Shown one piece after another: positions 54,826 through 64,000 of a DNA stretch of 64,000 nucleotides (the stretch's first letter is position 1; each line of letters opens with the position of its first letter). The notes under the pieces are model-generated. The model was given only the letters and a program-made list of their open reading frames with translations, was not told the origin of the DNA and ran no database searches. Both the position numbers and the translations under genes were made by a program. The DNA comes from Lachnospiraceae bacterium (GTDB taxonomy: Bacteria > Bacillota > Clostridia > Lachnospirales > Lachnospiraceae), in assembly GCA_017460485.1 (NCBI GenBank), contig JAFUAW010000037.1, positions 5,195-69,194 of the forward strand, given 5' to 3'.

Positions 54826-56334
54826 CTACAGATAATCAAGCAATGTCTGCTGAATAATCCGACTGGTAACCTGAAGTGCTGCGCTATATACGGTATTGGC
54901 TGATGCATACCGGATTGCCGCATCCTCGTAATCCACTTCTTCATTGGTAGACAATAGGTCTGTAAAATTCACATACTGATCCGATACACGCGTTTCAATC
55001 ATTTCCAGCTTTTTCGCTCTCGCGCCGGAATCAGACTGCAGGGTAGTAACATCTGTCTGGTATCCTTCAAATACAGTGATATGCTGATTGAACAGTTCAC
55101 GCATCTCCGCATTTTTTAATTTAATTTCATTATCCGCATCGGTGATCATATAATTAATCTGCTCAATTGCTGCCTTATCATTGGAATACTTTGGATTCGA
55201 AAGCAATCCTTTTAGCTCGGAAAGCCGCTTCTCAGCTTTGGCCACCTCTTCTACTTTATTGGCAAGATCATCAATATCCCGACCAACATTCGGTGACATC
55301 AGATCCCTGCCTAAGGTATTTACCCGGATCTTCTGATTGAAATTCACTTCATATTCAATCTGTTGATCTTCATCCGTTACTTCGTACACCGTCTGCTCTC
55401 CGGTTGCTTTTGTAGTCTGCACGCAGTTAAAATAATGCTCTGGGCGCAGATCACTGGTATCAAATGAATCCTTATCATAAGTCACTTTAATCGAATCTGA
55501 ATTCTGCATCTGTGTATAGATATTCTCTCCGAAAACCACCTCGCCGGTTTCCGGAATATACCGAACCTCATCCGCTCCGATATTCTTATAATAATCAGCA
55601 GATTGGGTACCGTTCATCGTAGTTGTGACCGCTACATTCATATCCACACCGTTGCTGTCCTTATAGGTGATCGTTGGTGCCTTTCCTTCTGTCAGATTGT
55701 CATAGGCAAGCCGAAGACGATAGAATTCCTGTTGTTCCGGATATGCTGCTGTACCGTATGTCTTGCTTCCGTTCAAATACTGATCCAGATCTGCCGGATC
55801 CACAGAATTCACAGTTGCTTTCTTCACTTCAATATTCGAATGATCCAATTCTTCCGTAATCTGATAGGAATATCTCGGAGCCTCCGTTGCCGTAAATGTC
55901 ATGGCAGTGCTGGTCTTATATCCGGAGAAAATATACCGTCCCGCATAGGTCGTATTACCCTCGGAATAGATCATATCTTTATAAGCCCGGATCGTCTCGG
56001 CAATCGCATTCCGGTCATCATTATTAAAGGAATCCGTTGCGCCCTGATTGCAGTATCCAACCATATATTCCATATAATTCGATACATTGGTAATGGAATT
56101 CTCCGTCAGCTCGATCCAGGAGTCCGCATCCTTAATATTCTTTTCTTTATATTGATACAACTGATTCACAGTATTACGAAGCTTCAATGCCCGGACAGCG
56201 ACTACAGGATCTTCGCTGGCACGCTGAATCTGCTGACCACTGGTAAGCTGCTCCGTCAGATTATCCAGCTTGCGGGTACTGGTCTGCATATGTCGTAATG
56301 AATTATTCGTGATCATCTGATTCGTAACACGCAT
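54826..56334 (-). CDS. flgL: Flagellar hook-associated protein 3, FlgL
   Basis: MRVTNQMITNNSLRHMQ...LTSGQQIQRASEDPVVAVRAL and a flagellin-like C-terminus. Confidence 0.85.
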   Translation of the reverse strand: MRVTNQMITNNSLRHMQTSTRKLDNLTEQLTSGQQIQRASEDPVVAVRALKLRNTVNQLYQYKEKNIKDADSWIELTENSITNVSNYMEYMVGYCNQGATDSFNNDDRNAIAETIRAYKDMIYSEGNTTYAGRYIFSGYKTSTAMTFTATEAPRYSYQITEELDHSNIEVKKATVNSVDPADLDQYLNGSKTYGTAAYPEQQEFYRLRLAYDNLTEGKAPTITYKDSNGVDMNVAVTTTMNGTQSADYYKNIGADEVRYIPETGEVVFGENIYTQMQNSDSIKVTYDKDSFDTSDLRPEHYFNCVQTTKATGEQTVYEVTDEDQQIEYEVNFNQKIRVNTLGRDLMSPNVGRDIDDLANKVEEVAKAEKRLSELKGLLSNPKYSNDKAAIEQINYMITDADNEIKLKNAEMRELFNQHITVFEGYQTDVTTLQSDSGARAKKLEMIETRVSDQYVNFTDLLSTNEEVDYEDAAIRYASANTVYSAALQVTSRIIQQTLLDYL

Positions 56335-56374
56335 ATGATCTTCCTCCTTTATCTATCCTATCATTATTCTATCA

Positions 56375-58249
56375 TTATACTCCGGTATTATTGATCAATC
56401 GATCATAGATCTCATCCAGCACCGACATTACCTTACATGCCAGATTATATCCGTTACGCTGGATCATCAGGGTTGTTGCTTCTTCATTCTGGTCTACACT
56501 GGATTCCGACATCCGCTGCTGACTGATACTGTATGCGATATTCTCCTGATGCTCGCTGGAGATTTTACATTTATTAGTCTGAACACCCAAGGTTGCGATA
56601 ATGGATTCCAGATACTGACTTGGACTTCCCTGATTAAAGATCTCAGTATTATTGAAGCTTTCCCGAATCTTATTCAGAATAGAGATATCTTCTACATTCC
56701 CCTGCTCGATCGCCCGTGCATCAGATACTACAACCCGCTTCGGCTCCTGCATTACCGTCTCATTGACATCCCAGTTCAATGCGGTCAAGCGATAGTACGA
56801 TACCTCTTTGGAAGTAAAGCTGGTATTGCCGACGGTTGCCGCCAGATTCATGCCCTGTCCGTTGGTATCAAGTGTCGTCAGCATATCGAGTCCCGGTTCA
56901 CCGTTCGAATCCACCCCCGACGTTGTGAGATCATTGATATACCGTGAAAATGTACGAACAAATTCGTTCATCTTGGACATATAATACGGAACGCCTTCAA
57001 AATTCACATTTGTACCGACTTTGGCGGTATCGCCTACTGACAGATCCGATACATTCACCGGTATCCGATGGTCGCCGTCTTCCGAAAGCTGCTTCAATCC
57101 ATAGAATGTATAATCCGTGATCTCTCCGGTTTCATTATCGTAATTCGCTTCAAAATAATCATAATAATAATTTTTGCTGGCGATCGTGATCTTGCCTTCA
57201 TCCGCAACATTCAATGTAGATAACGTAAACGGACGATCGGTTGTCATCTTCACGGATACTCCGGAAGCATCCGCAATAATATCCGTGGCTTTTCCCACAA
57301 ATCCATAATTGTGGTTGCCGTCTCTTACAGCAATCAGTCCAGCCAGCTTACCGGTCAAAGAAGGACTGTAGATATTGAACGTATCACCGGCGGTTCCGTC
57401 GGAATTCTTCCACGCCAGTTCATACAGACCATCAATATCGGTCGCATTTACCTTCTCATCTCTTGGGATTACCATCAGTTCCCGGCACTGAAGGTCATCT
57501 AACAGCAGTTCACCATTAATCCAGATATTGAACTTGGTAGCACCGGAATCATGACCGTCTGCAGCTAAGATTGGCACCTCTTTGGTCGTTATATTAACCA
57601 GCTCGGATAGTTGATCCAGCAGCACAACTCTCTGATCCCGAAGATCATTGGCATTGCCTTCCCGAAGTTCAATGTTCCGGATCTGATCATTTAAGGTAAA
57701 GATCTGTTTTGCAAGAGAATTGATCTCAGATGTACGGATCTGCACCTCATCATTTAAGCTTTCCTGAGAAGTCTGAAGATCATTGGATAATTCGTTAAAT
57801 AACTCCGTATAGCTTTCAAATTGGTTCAAATATTGTACTCGTGTGGTATCATCGGACGGATTGTCACAGATATCCTGAATTGCCTTCTCCAGATTCGACA
57901 CCAGAGATGTAATACCGGTCTCGGAATTCATTTCGTTAAAATAAGATTCGATCTCGTAGGAATAATCATATTTGGCTGTATATTCGCCTTTGGTACTGGT
58001 ACTGTTCCAGAACTTAACATCATAATACGGATTCCGGATCTGTTCGATCCCCGTAACGCTGACACCGGTACCCTGCATACCTGCCGAAGTGTAGAGCCGG
58101 AGTGCGGAAGATGCCTGACTGGTTACCTTCTGCCTGGAATAGCCTTCTGTCTCGGCATTAGAGATGTTATGTGCAGTTGTATTGATCCCAGCCTGATAAT
58201 AATGAAGTCCGGATCTTGCTGTGTTCAATCCCAAAAATGTAGATGCCAT
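56375..58249 (-). CDS. flgK: Flagellar hook-associated protein 1, FlgK
   Basis: FLGLNTARSGLHYYQAGINTTAHNISNAETEGYSRQKV at the N-terminus and the C-terminal MIQRNGYNLACKVMSVLDEIY. Confidence 0.85.
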   Translation of the reverse strand: MASTFLGLNTARSGLHYYQAGINTTAHNISNAETEGYSRQKVTSQASSALRLYTSAGMQGTGVSVTGIEQIRNPYYDVKFWNSTSTKGEYTAKYDYSYEIESYFNEMNSETGITSLVSNLEKAIQDICDNPSDDTTRVQYLNQFESYTELFNELSNDLQTSQESLNDEVQIRTSEINSLAKQIFTLNDQIRNIELREGNANDLRDQRVVLLDQLSELVNITTKEVPILAADGHDSGATKFNIWINGELLLDDLQCRELMVIPRDEKVNATDIDGLYELAWKNSDGTAGDTFNIYSPSLTGKLAGLIAVRDGNHNYGFVGKATDIIADASGVSVKMTTDRPFTLSTLNVADEGKITIASKNYYYDYFEANYDNETGEITDYTFYGLKQLSEDGDHRIPVNVSDLSVGDTAKVGTNVNFEGVPYYMSKMNEFVRTFSRYINDLTTSGVDSNGEPGLDMLTTLDTNGQGMNLAATVGNTSFTSKEVSYYRLTALNWDVNETVMQEPKRVVVSDARAIEQGNVEDISILNKIRESFNNTEIFNQGSPSQYLESIIATLGVQTNKCKISSEHQENIAYSISQQRMSESSVDQNEEATTLMIQRNGYNLACKVMSVLDEIYDRLINNTGV

Positions 58250-58394
58250 ATTCTTTCACCACCTGTACTGATTATTACTATTTGTTATTACTGATACTTA
58301 TCACTCACTACTATTTATTTCGTATGCGCAAAGCCATTACTTAATATGATATTTCGCGTTTTTGTTCCATTTTACGGTCGGATCGTACCCGGAA

Positions 58395-60167
58395 TCAGGA
58401 TCCAAGACGTTCGATCAAATGCTCGATCATTTCCGATACAACCGTTATATAGCGGGAATTCGCGTTATATGCATGCTGATATTTGATCAGATTGGTCAAT
58501 TCATCATCGGAAGATACACCCAGAACCTCTTGACGCTGATTATCTACTTCTCCCACCAGTGTCTCCTGTGTCAGCCCGATGTTGGTGTAGGTGTGCCCAC
58601 GGTCTGCGTAATCGCCAACCAAGGCAGCATAATAGTTATTGTAGGTATTCATTACCAGAGAATTCGGATCCAATGTTGAGAAATCCTCGTTCCACATATC
58701 GATCAGCTGATTGGCAACTTCCTGATACTCTTCATCGTCCGTAGTTGTCAGCGGCAATAATGCAGGATTCTGCAGCAATGCATCATTGACCTCTACCTGT
58801 CCGGTCGTATACAGTGAATAGTAATCATTGGCATCTTCCGGATTAAAGATCCAAGCTCCGGTCTGCAGATCTCCGTTCTCATCCACATACTGGATCGTAC
58901 CATCATAGGTATACCGGTCATAGCCCTTACGTGTAAAGAGTTCTGTTCCCTGTGCCTCATTACCCGCTCCGAATCCTCGGCCTGCATTCGCTGTATCCAA
59001 TATGGTATAGGTATTTCCGTTTGTTACCGTGATTTCCGTATTCGGGCACAGGATATCATTCATTTTCGTCACAATTCCATGGATCAGATTATCGAATTGC
59101 GAGATCAGATTCGCGACATCCCGATTATTCAATGTACGATTATAATCGGTCAGAAGCTGCTGATATTCAGAATCCGTCAGATCCATATGATCTCTTCGGA
59201 AAGGAATATCCGTATAATTCGGAGTATAATCTCCTCTGGCAGAAAGCAGTCCTTTCAATGATCCGGTATCCAGATTATCTCCTGCCACCATAGGACGTTC
59301 CAGATTGAAGACCTTTGCCGTAGAATAATCCACGGTACCGTCCGGACGGACAACCGTATCATTTTCCCAGAACACCGTCAAGAGATCGGAGCCCGGTTCT
59401 ACCGGAACCGTACCAATCACAAAGGTACGATCCTCCGATACCAGAGAATGCTGCTCTGCATAGACATTTACCGTACCGTTTGACTGTTCTTTAATTTCAA
59501 TGGAAATGAGCCCCGACAGTTCATCCAATGCCTGATTTCTGGCATCCCGATAATCATTAGCCGCCTCAACACCGGATGATTCCAGCTTCAGTATCTTGTC
59601 ATTAATATTCATAATGGTCTGAGACAGTTCATTGATACGGTCTACCTGATCCTGAATCGTCTCATTCAGATTCTTCTGATAATCCACCAGTTGATCATGA
59701 ATCTCCGTCGCACGGTCAATAAACGCGGACGCGGTAGAAACCAGTGCTGTACGCTGAGTATAACCGTTCGGGGTCTTCTGAAGTTCCTGAATCGAATTCC
59801 ACATATTCTTCAGATAAGTCTCAAATGTATTGCCTTCTGTCTCTCCGAAGAATTCGCCAACTTCATCGATAATGCCGGCCTTCGTATTGTAGAATTCCTT
59901 TCTTGCATTCTGTGTTCTGTATTTATTATCTAAAAATATATCTCTGGTAGTCCTGGTCTGGGAAACCTTGGTCCCGAGTCCGGTCTGCTTAATGGAGACC
60001 TTGGTAAAACCCAACTTCTGATAACCCAGATCTGACTGAATTACCTGCTGACGAGAATATCCTTCCGTATCTAGATTTGTTAAATTGTGAGCGGTTGTAT
60101 TGATCGCGTTCTGGCTTGCCTGCAAACCGGAAGCACCAATATACATTCTACCCATTGTACCCGACAT
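58395..60167 (-). CDS. flgK: FlgK-like hook-associated protein (second tandem copy)
   Basis: IGASGLQASQNAINTTAHNLTNLDTEGYSRQQV and the C-terminal LIKYQHAYNANSRYITVVSEMIE. Confidence 0.8.
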   Translation of the reverse strand: MSGTMGRMYIGASGLQASQNAINTTAHNLTNLDTEGYSRQQVIQSDLGYQKLGFTKVSIKQTGLGTKVSQTRTTRDIFLDNKYRTQNARKEFYNTKAGIIDEVGEFFGETEGNTFETYLKNMWNSIQELQKTPNGYTQRTALVSTASAFIDRATEIHDQLVDYQKNLNETIQDQVDRINELSQTIMNINDKILKLESSGVEAANDYRDARNQALDELSGLISIEIKEQSNGTVNVYAEQHSLVSEDRTFVIGTVPVEPGSDLLTVFWENDTVVRPDGTVDYSTAKVFNLERPMVAGDNLDTGSLKGLLSARGDYTPNYTDIPFRRDHMDLTDSEYQQLLTDYNRTLNNRDVANLISQFDNLIHGIVTKMNDILCPNTEITVTNGNTYTILDTANAGRGFGAGNEAQGTELFTRKGYDRYTYDGTIQYVDENGDLQTGAWIFNPEDANDYYSLYTTGQVEVNDALLQNPALLPLTTTDDEEYQEVANQLIDMWNEDFSTLDPNSLVMNTYNNYYAALVGDYADRGHTYTNIGLTQETLVGEVDNQRQEVLGVSSDDELTNLIKYQHAYNANSRYITVVSEMIEHLIERLGS

Positions 60168-60277
60168 ATTCTCATCTCCTTCTGATCTATATGCTGCCGA
60201 TTATTTCCTTTAATCTAACTCCATTTGATCCTTACTACTCCAAATGGATGTCTCTATATTACTTAGTCAAGAAACTA

Positions 60278-60793
60278 TTACGACTTACTGTCAAATTGAT
60301 TCGTTGCAACCCCAAGCAGGTCGCCACTGTAAGAGCCTTTATCATAATTTGCTGTTTCCGGAGCCTGCCCTGCCGTCTGCAGAATATTGATATTGAATTC
60401 TGTCATTTCCAAGGCATTCTCCAAAAGCTCCCGATTCCATACATTCGTCTGCTGCAGCTTCTGAACCGTAGCCCGAAGTCTTTGATGAAGCTCACTTAAC
60501 GGCTTCTGGAACTCCGGCTGCTTCTCCATGATCCGGACAATGTCCGCGATCGTCAAAGTCTTTGCATTCTGATTTAACACAACCGCTATATTCGATACAA
60601 TATTCTGACGTCTCTTCTCAAGCACCAGAATATCATCAATCACATTCTGCTCATGTTCTGTTATCCTCTGGAGTTCTTCAATATCTGCTTTGACAATGAT
60701 TTCCGTCTTCTTATTGGAAACCTCATACAGATTATCGTATACTTCGCACTCCTGTGACAGAACATCAATCAGTTCTTCAATCAAACTGGCCAT
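60278..60793 (-). CDS. flgN: Flagellar protein FlgN-like chaperone
   Basis: A 171-aa helical protein between flgM and flgK (the yvyG position). LIEELIDVLSQECEVYDNLYEVSNKK is FlgN-like. Confidence 0.65.
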   Translation of the reverse strand: MASLIEELIDVLSQECEVYDNLYEVSNKKTEIIVKADIEELQRITEHEQNVIDDILVLEKRRQNIVSNIAVVLNQNAKTLTIADIVRIMEKQPEFQKPLSELHQRLRATVQKLQQTNVWNRELLENALEMTEFNINILQTAGQAPETANYDKGSYSGDLLGVATNQFDSKS

Positions 60794-60913
60794 AGAATAT
60801 ATTCCTTTCCATGAAAAAATACCGATAAGAACAATGATGGATTGGGAATTCTATAGGTCTGTACCACACACCTATAGTCAGACGTCCATGTCTGAGATCA
60901 GAATTCCCAATCC

Positions 60914-61201
60914 TTAGATTGCATACTGTTCATAGGTTGATAACAATTTTTCGGCAAAGCTTTCATTGCTGACATTGTAATTACCGCTCTGAATCTTTGC
61001 CTTCAGCTCAGCTACACGGTCCTCGCGGATATCCGGAACATTCTGAAGCGCAGTCTTCGCAATATGCATATCCTTACCAATAGAAGAAAAAGATACTTGA
61101 TCTGTACTGGAAACACCGCTGGTATAACCTGTCTTCCCTGACTTGTTCGTTCTACCGACGCCGTATATCTGGTTGATCTGATTATAAGCATCTATACGCA
61201 T
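60914..61201 (-). CDS. flgM: Anti-sigma-28 factor FlgM
   Basis: ...DQVSFSS...REDRVAELKAKIQSGNYNVSNESFAEKLL is the FlgM C-terminal signature. The ATG at 61201 follows an AAGGAGGAAGG RBS. Confidence 0.85.
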   Translation of the reverse strand: MRIDAYNQINQIYGVGRTNKSGKTGYTSGVSSTDQVSFSSIGKDMHIAKTALQNVPDIREDRVAELKAKIQSGNYNVSNESFAEKLLSTYEQYAI

Positions 61202-61245
61202 AACAGCCACCTTCCTCCTTGAAATAATATTCTTCTATACAATAT

Positions 61246-61272
61246 TTATCGTCAGATTTCAGTTTTACTTTA
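61246..61272 (-). promoter_or_regulatory. Sigma-28-type promoter candidate for flgM (TAAA-N15-GACGATAA)
   Basis: A consensus -35 TAAA, a 15-nt spacer and a 6-of-8 match in the -10 element, about 45 nt upstream of the flgM start. Confidence 0.45.
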
Positions 61273-61381
61273 GAGACGTTGTCAAAAACTTCCCATATAC
61301 GGAATTATATATACTAAAGTTACGCAACATCAAAGGGCTTGCTATTTTCTTTATTTATATATTATTTGATTCAGTTGATAG

Positions 61382-61590
61382 GACACGGGCGAGCCGGAGA
61401 ATTCCTAAGGAACGCATTCTGTTGATTTTGTGATAATTCCATCAAACGAATATCCAATTATCATAAAAGCATTCGCTGTTTGAGCTTTAGCGAGTTAGAA
61501 TGCTTTTATAGATAATTGCCATGAGTGAGATGTGAATTATCCAAAATCGTGACAGCAGCGTTACGTGGAATTCTCCGGCTCGTCCGTGTC
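61382..61590. repeat. About 209-bp long imperfect palindrome (MITE-like or long-hairpin element)
   Basis: Outer arms GACACGGGCGAGCCGGAGAATTCC (61382..61405) and GGAATTCTCCGGCTCGTCCGTGTC (61567..61590) match at 23 of 24 positions. Inner arms ATAAAAGCATTC and GAATGCTTTTAT (61463..61474 and 61498..61509) are perfect. The sequence between is partially complementary. Confidence 0.75.
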
Positions 61591-61629
61591 AATAAAGATG
61601 ATTATAACCCCGCATATAGAAAGCGCAGT

Positions 61630-63177
61630 CTACGACTCTCCCAGCGATGTCTTTTCGGATACAGTTACCTTCTGGTCGTAGCATGTAAAGATCTCGTCTA
61701 CCTTCTTCGCATCCATCTTAGGCGTGATCAGACTGACAAGCGGAACTACGATCAGACTTGCTACCATGGACACCGCACCGGCATTGATCGGAGACGCGAT
61801 GATCGGATGTCCGGCAAGCGACAGGATCATATTAAGCACCGTAAATCCAACACCTACAATAAAGCTTGCCCATACGGATGCTTTGGTAACCTTCTTTGAA
61901 TACAGACCGTACATAAATGGTGCCAGAAATGCTCCGGCCAGGGCTCCCCATGATATACCCATGAGCTGCGCAATGAATGTCGGCGGCTTTAAGGCAATAA
62001 CTACGGAGAGAATTATGAAAAACGCGATCAGGCACCGCATGATAATCATCTGTGTCTTATCCTTCATATCCTTCACAAAAGTACCTTTCATCAGATCCAG
62101 AGTCAGTGTAGAACTTGATGTCAATACCAGAGAAGACAAGGTTGACATAGATGCCGATAATACTAACACAATTACGATTCCGATCATGATATCTGGAAGT
62201 GTAGATAACATCTGAGGAACGATGGCATCATACATTACAGAGCCATCCGCCTTATAAATAGCCGGGTCAGAAGAATATAATCTTGCAAATCCGCCTAAGA
62301 AATAACATCCTCCGGATACAATAACAGCAAATACGGTTGATACAACCGTACCTGTCTTAACCGCGCGTTCATCCTTGATCGCATAGAATTTGTGTACCAT
62401 CTGTGGCAGGCCCCAGGTTCCGAGCGAAGTCAGAACAACGACACCGAACAGATTGGCAACATCCGGTCCCAGGAAAGAGGTAAATGCTCCTACCTGACCG
62501 GCAGATACAGCCACATCATTTTCAATCAACGAAAGTTCCCGAACGGAATCATAGAATCCTCCGTGATTGCTGAGAACAGCCACAATGACCGCTACGATTC
62601 CGGCAAGCATGATCAGTCCCTGAATGAAATCATTGATCGCCGTTGCCATATAACCGCCAAGGATTACATATACACCGGTCAATACCGCCATTACAATAAT
62701 GCAGACTGCATACGGAATGTCAAATGCCATAGCGAAAAGTCTGGACAATCCATTATAGATAGAAGCCGTATACGGAATCAAAAATACAAATACGATAATA
62801 GAAGCCGCAATCTTCAGCGCGTTGCTTTCATATCGTTTTCCAAAATAATCCGGCATGGTTGCGGAGTTCAACTTCTGTGTCATAACACGGGTTCTTCTAC
62901 CAAGGATTACCCATGCAAGCAAGCTTCCGATAAATGCGTTGCCAAGCCCGATCCAAGTAGAAGCCATACCATACTTCCAGCCGAACTGCCCGGCGTATCC
63001 GACAAATACTACGGAAGAAAAATAGGAGGTACCAAATGCAAAAGCTGTCATCCATGGTCCGACACTTCTTCCTCCCAATACAAAATCATTCACGTTGGTC
63101 GCTTTCTTTCTGGAATAGATACCTACAGCGATCATGATTCCAAAGAACACAACCAATAATGCAATCTTAACTGCCAT
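61630..63177 (-). CDS. Sodium:solute symporter (SSS) family transporter
   Basis: A 515-aa polytopic membrane protein. The N-terminus ...FVLGGRSVGPWMTAFAFGTSYFSSVVFVGYAG is typical of SSS (PutP/PanF-like) carriers. The substrate is not assignable. Confidence 0.75.
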   Translation of the reverse strand: MAVKIALLVVFFGIMIAVGIYSRKKATNVNDFVLGGRSVGPWMTAFAFGTSYFSSVVFVGYAGQFGWKYGMASTWIGLGNAFIGSLLAWVILGRRTRVMTQKLNSATMPDYFGKRYESNALKIAASIIVFVFLIPYTASIYNGLSRLFAMAFDIPYAVCIIVMAVLTGVYVILGGYMATAINDFIQGLIMLAGIVAVIVAVLSNHGGFYDSVRELSLIENDVAVSAGQVGAFTSFLGPDVANLFGVVVLTSLGTWGLPQMVHKFYAIKDERAVKTGTVVSTVFAVIVSGGCYFLGGFARLYSSDPAIYKADGSVMYDAIVPQMLSTLPDIMIGIVIVLVLSASMSTLSSLVLTSSSTLTLDLMKGTFVKDMKDKTQMIIMRCLIAFFIILSVVIALKPPTFIAQLMGISWGALAGAFLAPFMYGLYSKKVTKASVWASFIVGVGFTVLNMILSLAGHPIIASPINAGAVSMVASLIVVPLVSLITPKMDAKKVDEIFTCYDQKVTVSEKTSLGES

Positions 63178-63325
63178 CTTTCTATGCTCCTTCTATTGTG
63201 ATTCTCTGCATATAAGATCTATATCCGTAAGTATCGGAAACAGATCTCATATGCAGAACATTTGCATCATATCACATTTGCTTTAATAATGCAACGCTTT
63301 ATCGCAAAAAAGTGTTGGAACAGAA

Positions 63326-63353
63326 CAAAAACCATGTTACACATAACATGGTT
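63326..63353 (-). terminator. Rho-independent terminator after the yvyF-like gene
   Basis: AACCATGTTA-TGTG-TAACATGGTT (10-bp stem) followed by TTTTGTTC on the minus strand. Confidence 0.55.
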
Positions 63354-63412
63354 CTTATTCTGATTATACGGTTATTTAATTGCATATCTACCCATATAAA
63401 AACCGGTAATGC

Positions 63413-63823
63413 TTACATATTGTCAAGGAAACGCATTCTTGCGCCTTCCTTCTTCTTCTTTTCAGGCTCTACCGGCTTAGGCTTATTGATCACACTATTC
63501 AAAGAATTACCTAATTTCTGTTTGCAGGCTTCACAGAAACGACCGGTCCGGATCATGGTTCCGCAGCTTTCGCATTCTAAGCCTACCATAGATGCTTCGG
63601 AGAATGTCAGACGTTCTTCTCTTACCCAACGCTTGATCTGGTTAACGGATACCTCGTTCTCCTCCGCCACTTCATTAATAGAAGCATTCGGATTATCCTT
63701 AATGAACTGCTTCACTTCCTGGAACTTATCTTCTAATACCTTTTCGCAGCCCGGGCAGATCGGTTTGCCGATATAATTGAACATCTTACCACAATTCTTA
63801 CAATTTCTGACTTCCATAATCAT
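63413..63823 (-). CDS. Flagellar operon zinc-ribbon protein (YvyF-like, TIGR03826-type)
   Basis: CKNCGKMF...CPGCEK plus a second CESCG...CEAC pair and a helix-turn-helix-like middle. It occupies the yvyF position upstream of flgM. Confidence 0.6.
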   Translation of the reverse strand: MIMEVRNCKNCGKMFNYIGKPICPGCEKVLEDKFQEVKQFIKDNPNASINEVAEENEVSVNQIKRWVREERLTFSEASMVGLECESCGTMIRTGRFCEACKQKLGNSLNSVINKPKPVEPEKKKKEGARMRFLDNM

Positions 63824-63911
63824 TCCTCCTAAACAAATATCTTGTTAAATACTTATATCCTTTCATGCTCAAATACTTACATAAAACACATGCAATTACA
63901 TATTATATGTC

Positions 63912-64000
63912 TCACTGCGTCATCCCACGACCTATACATACGCTGGTATAACTGACTTCCCGAACTCCTGCCTGAAGCAGAACCGTTGTACACGCTTCGA
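63912..64000 (-). CDS. 3' end of a ComF-like phosphoribosyltransferase-family gene (partial)
   Basis: An open frame to the window edge ending ...TTVLLQAGVREVSYTSVCIGRGMTQ. The call rests mainly on Bacillus comF-yvyF-flgM synteny. Only 29 codons are visible. Confidence 0.3.
   Translation of the reverse strand, partial: EACTTVLLQAGVREVSYTSVCIGRGMTQ

Noticed and set aside
55603-56298. A 231-aa plus-strand ORF inside flgL, and similar long antisense ORFs: 62392..63159 and 61724..62215 inside the transporter, 10480..10935 inside the deacetylase, 57821..58294 inside flgK, and 13210..13731 inside the MBL gene.
   Set aside because: All lie antisense within genes that have strong family signatures. 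They have low-complexity or odd composition and lack an RBS, so they are typical shadow ORFs.
61525-61899. A 124-aa plus-strand ORF spanning the right arm of the long palindrome and the 3' end of the transporter gene.
   Set aside because: It has an Arg/Lys-rich odd composition, lies antisense to a well-supported transporter, and starts inside a repeat element.
1-64000. A search for CRISPR arrays, tRNA genes, rRNA genes and tandem direct-repeat arrays.
   Set aside because: I saw no regularly spaced direct repeats and no cloverleaf-like or rRNA-like segments in the intergenic regions. The intergenic gaps are short and are accounted for by promoters, terminators or the palindromic elements reported above.

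Overview
The window reads as a motile Firmicute, probably Clostridia or Lachnospiraceae, judged from AGGAGG ribosome-binding sites, A/T-rich DNA and a flagellin starting MVVQHNLQANN. The right third (about 49-64 kb, all minus strand) is a late flagellar cluster with Bacillus-like synteny: comF-like 3' end, yvyF-like, an inserted SSS transporter, flgM, flgN, two flgK, flgL, fliW, csrA, flaG, fliD, fliS, a fliT/flgN-like gene and a 267-aa flagellin. Sigma-28-type promoters and a CsrA-type fliC leader are recognisable. Everything left of fliC (about 1-49 kb) is a very large flagellin glycosylation island. It holds five Maf (DUF115) paralogs, four paralogous GT2 genes, pseB/pseH/pseF/pseG, neuB/neuC plus a second CMP-transferase, a CE4 deacetylase, and two ACP-dependent acyl-transfer gene sets. 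The most interesting feature is at 25.4-27.0 kb. An intact tyrosine recombinase gene is bracketed by a perfect 26-bp inverted repeat. It sits exactly between two divergent, roughly 10-kb operons that open with paralogous genes. The bracketed segment carries an outward-facing consensus sigma-28 promoter. I read this as an invertible promoter switch that toggles between two alternative flagellin-glycan modification programmes. An insertion of ATPase, nuclease and MBL genes (11.7-15.3 kb) and a partial HipA-like gene at the left edge are unrelated to motility. I saw no rRNA, tRNA or CRISPR array. All calls come from reading the sequence and ORF track by eye, with no database search. Coordinates of small motifs may be off by 1-2 nt.
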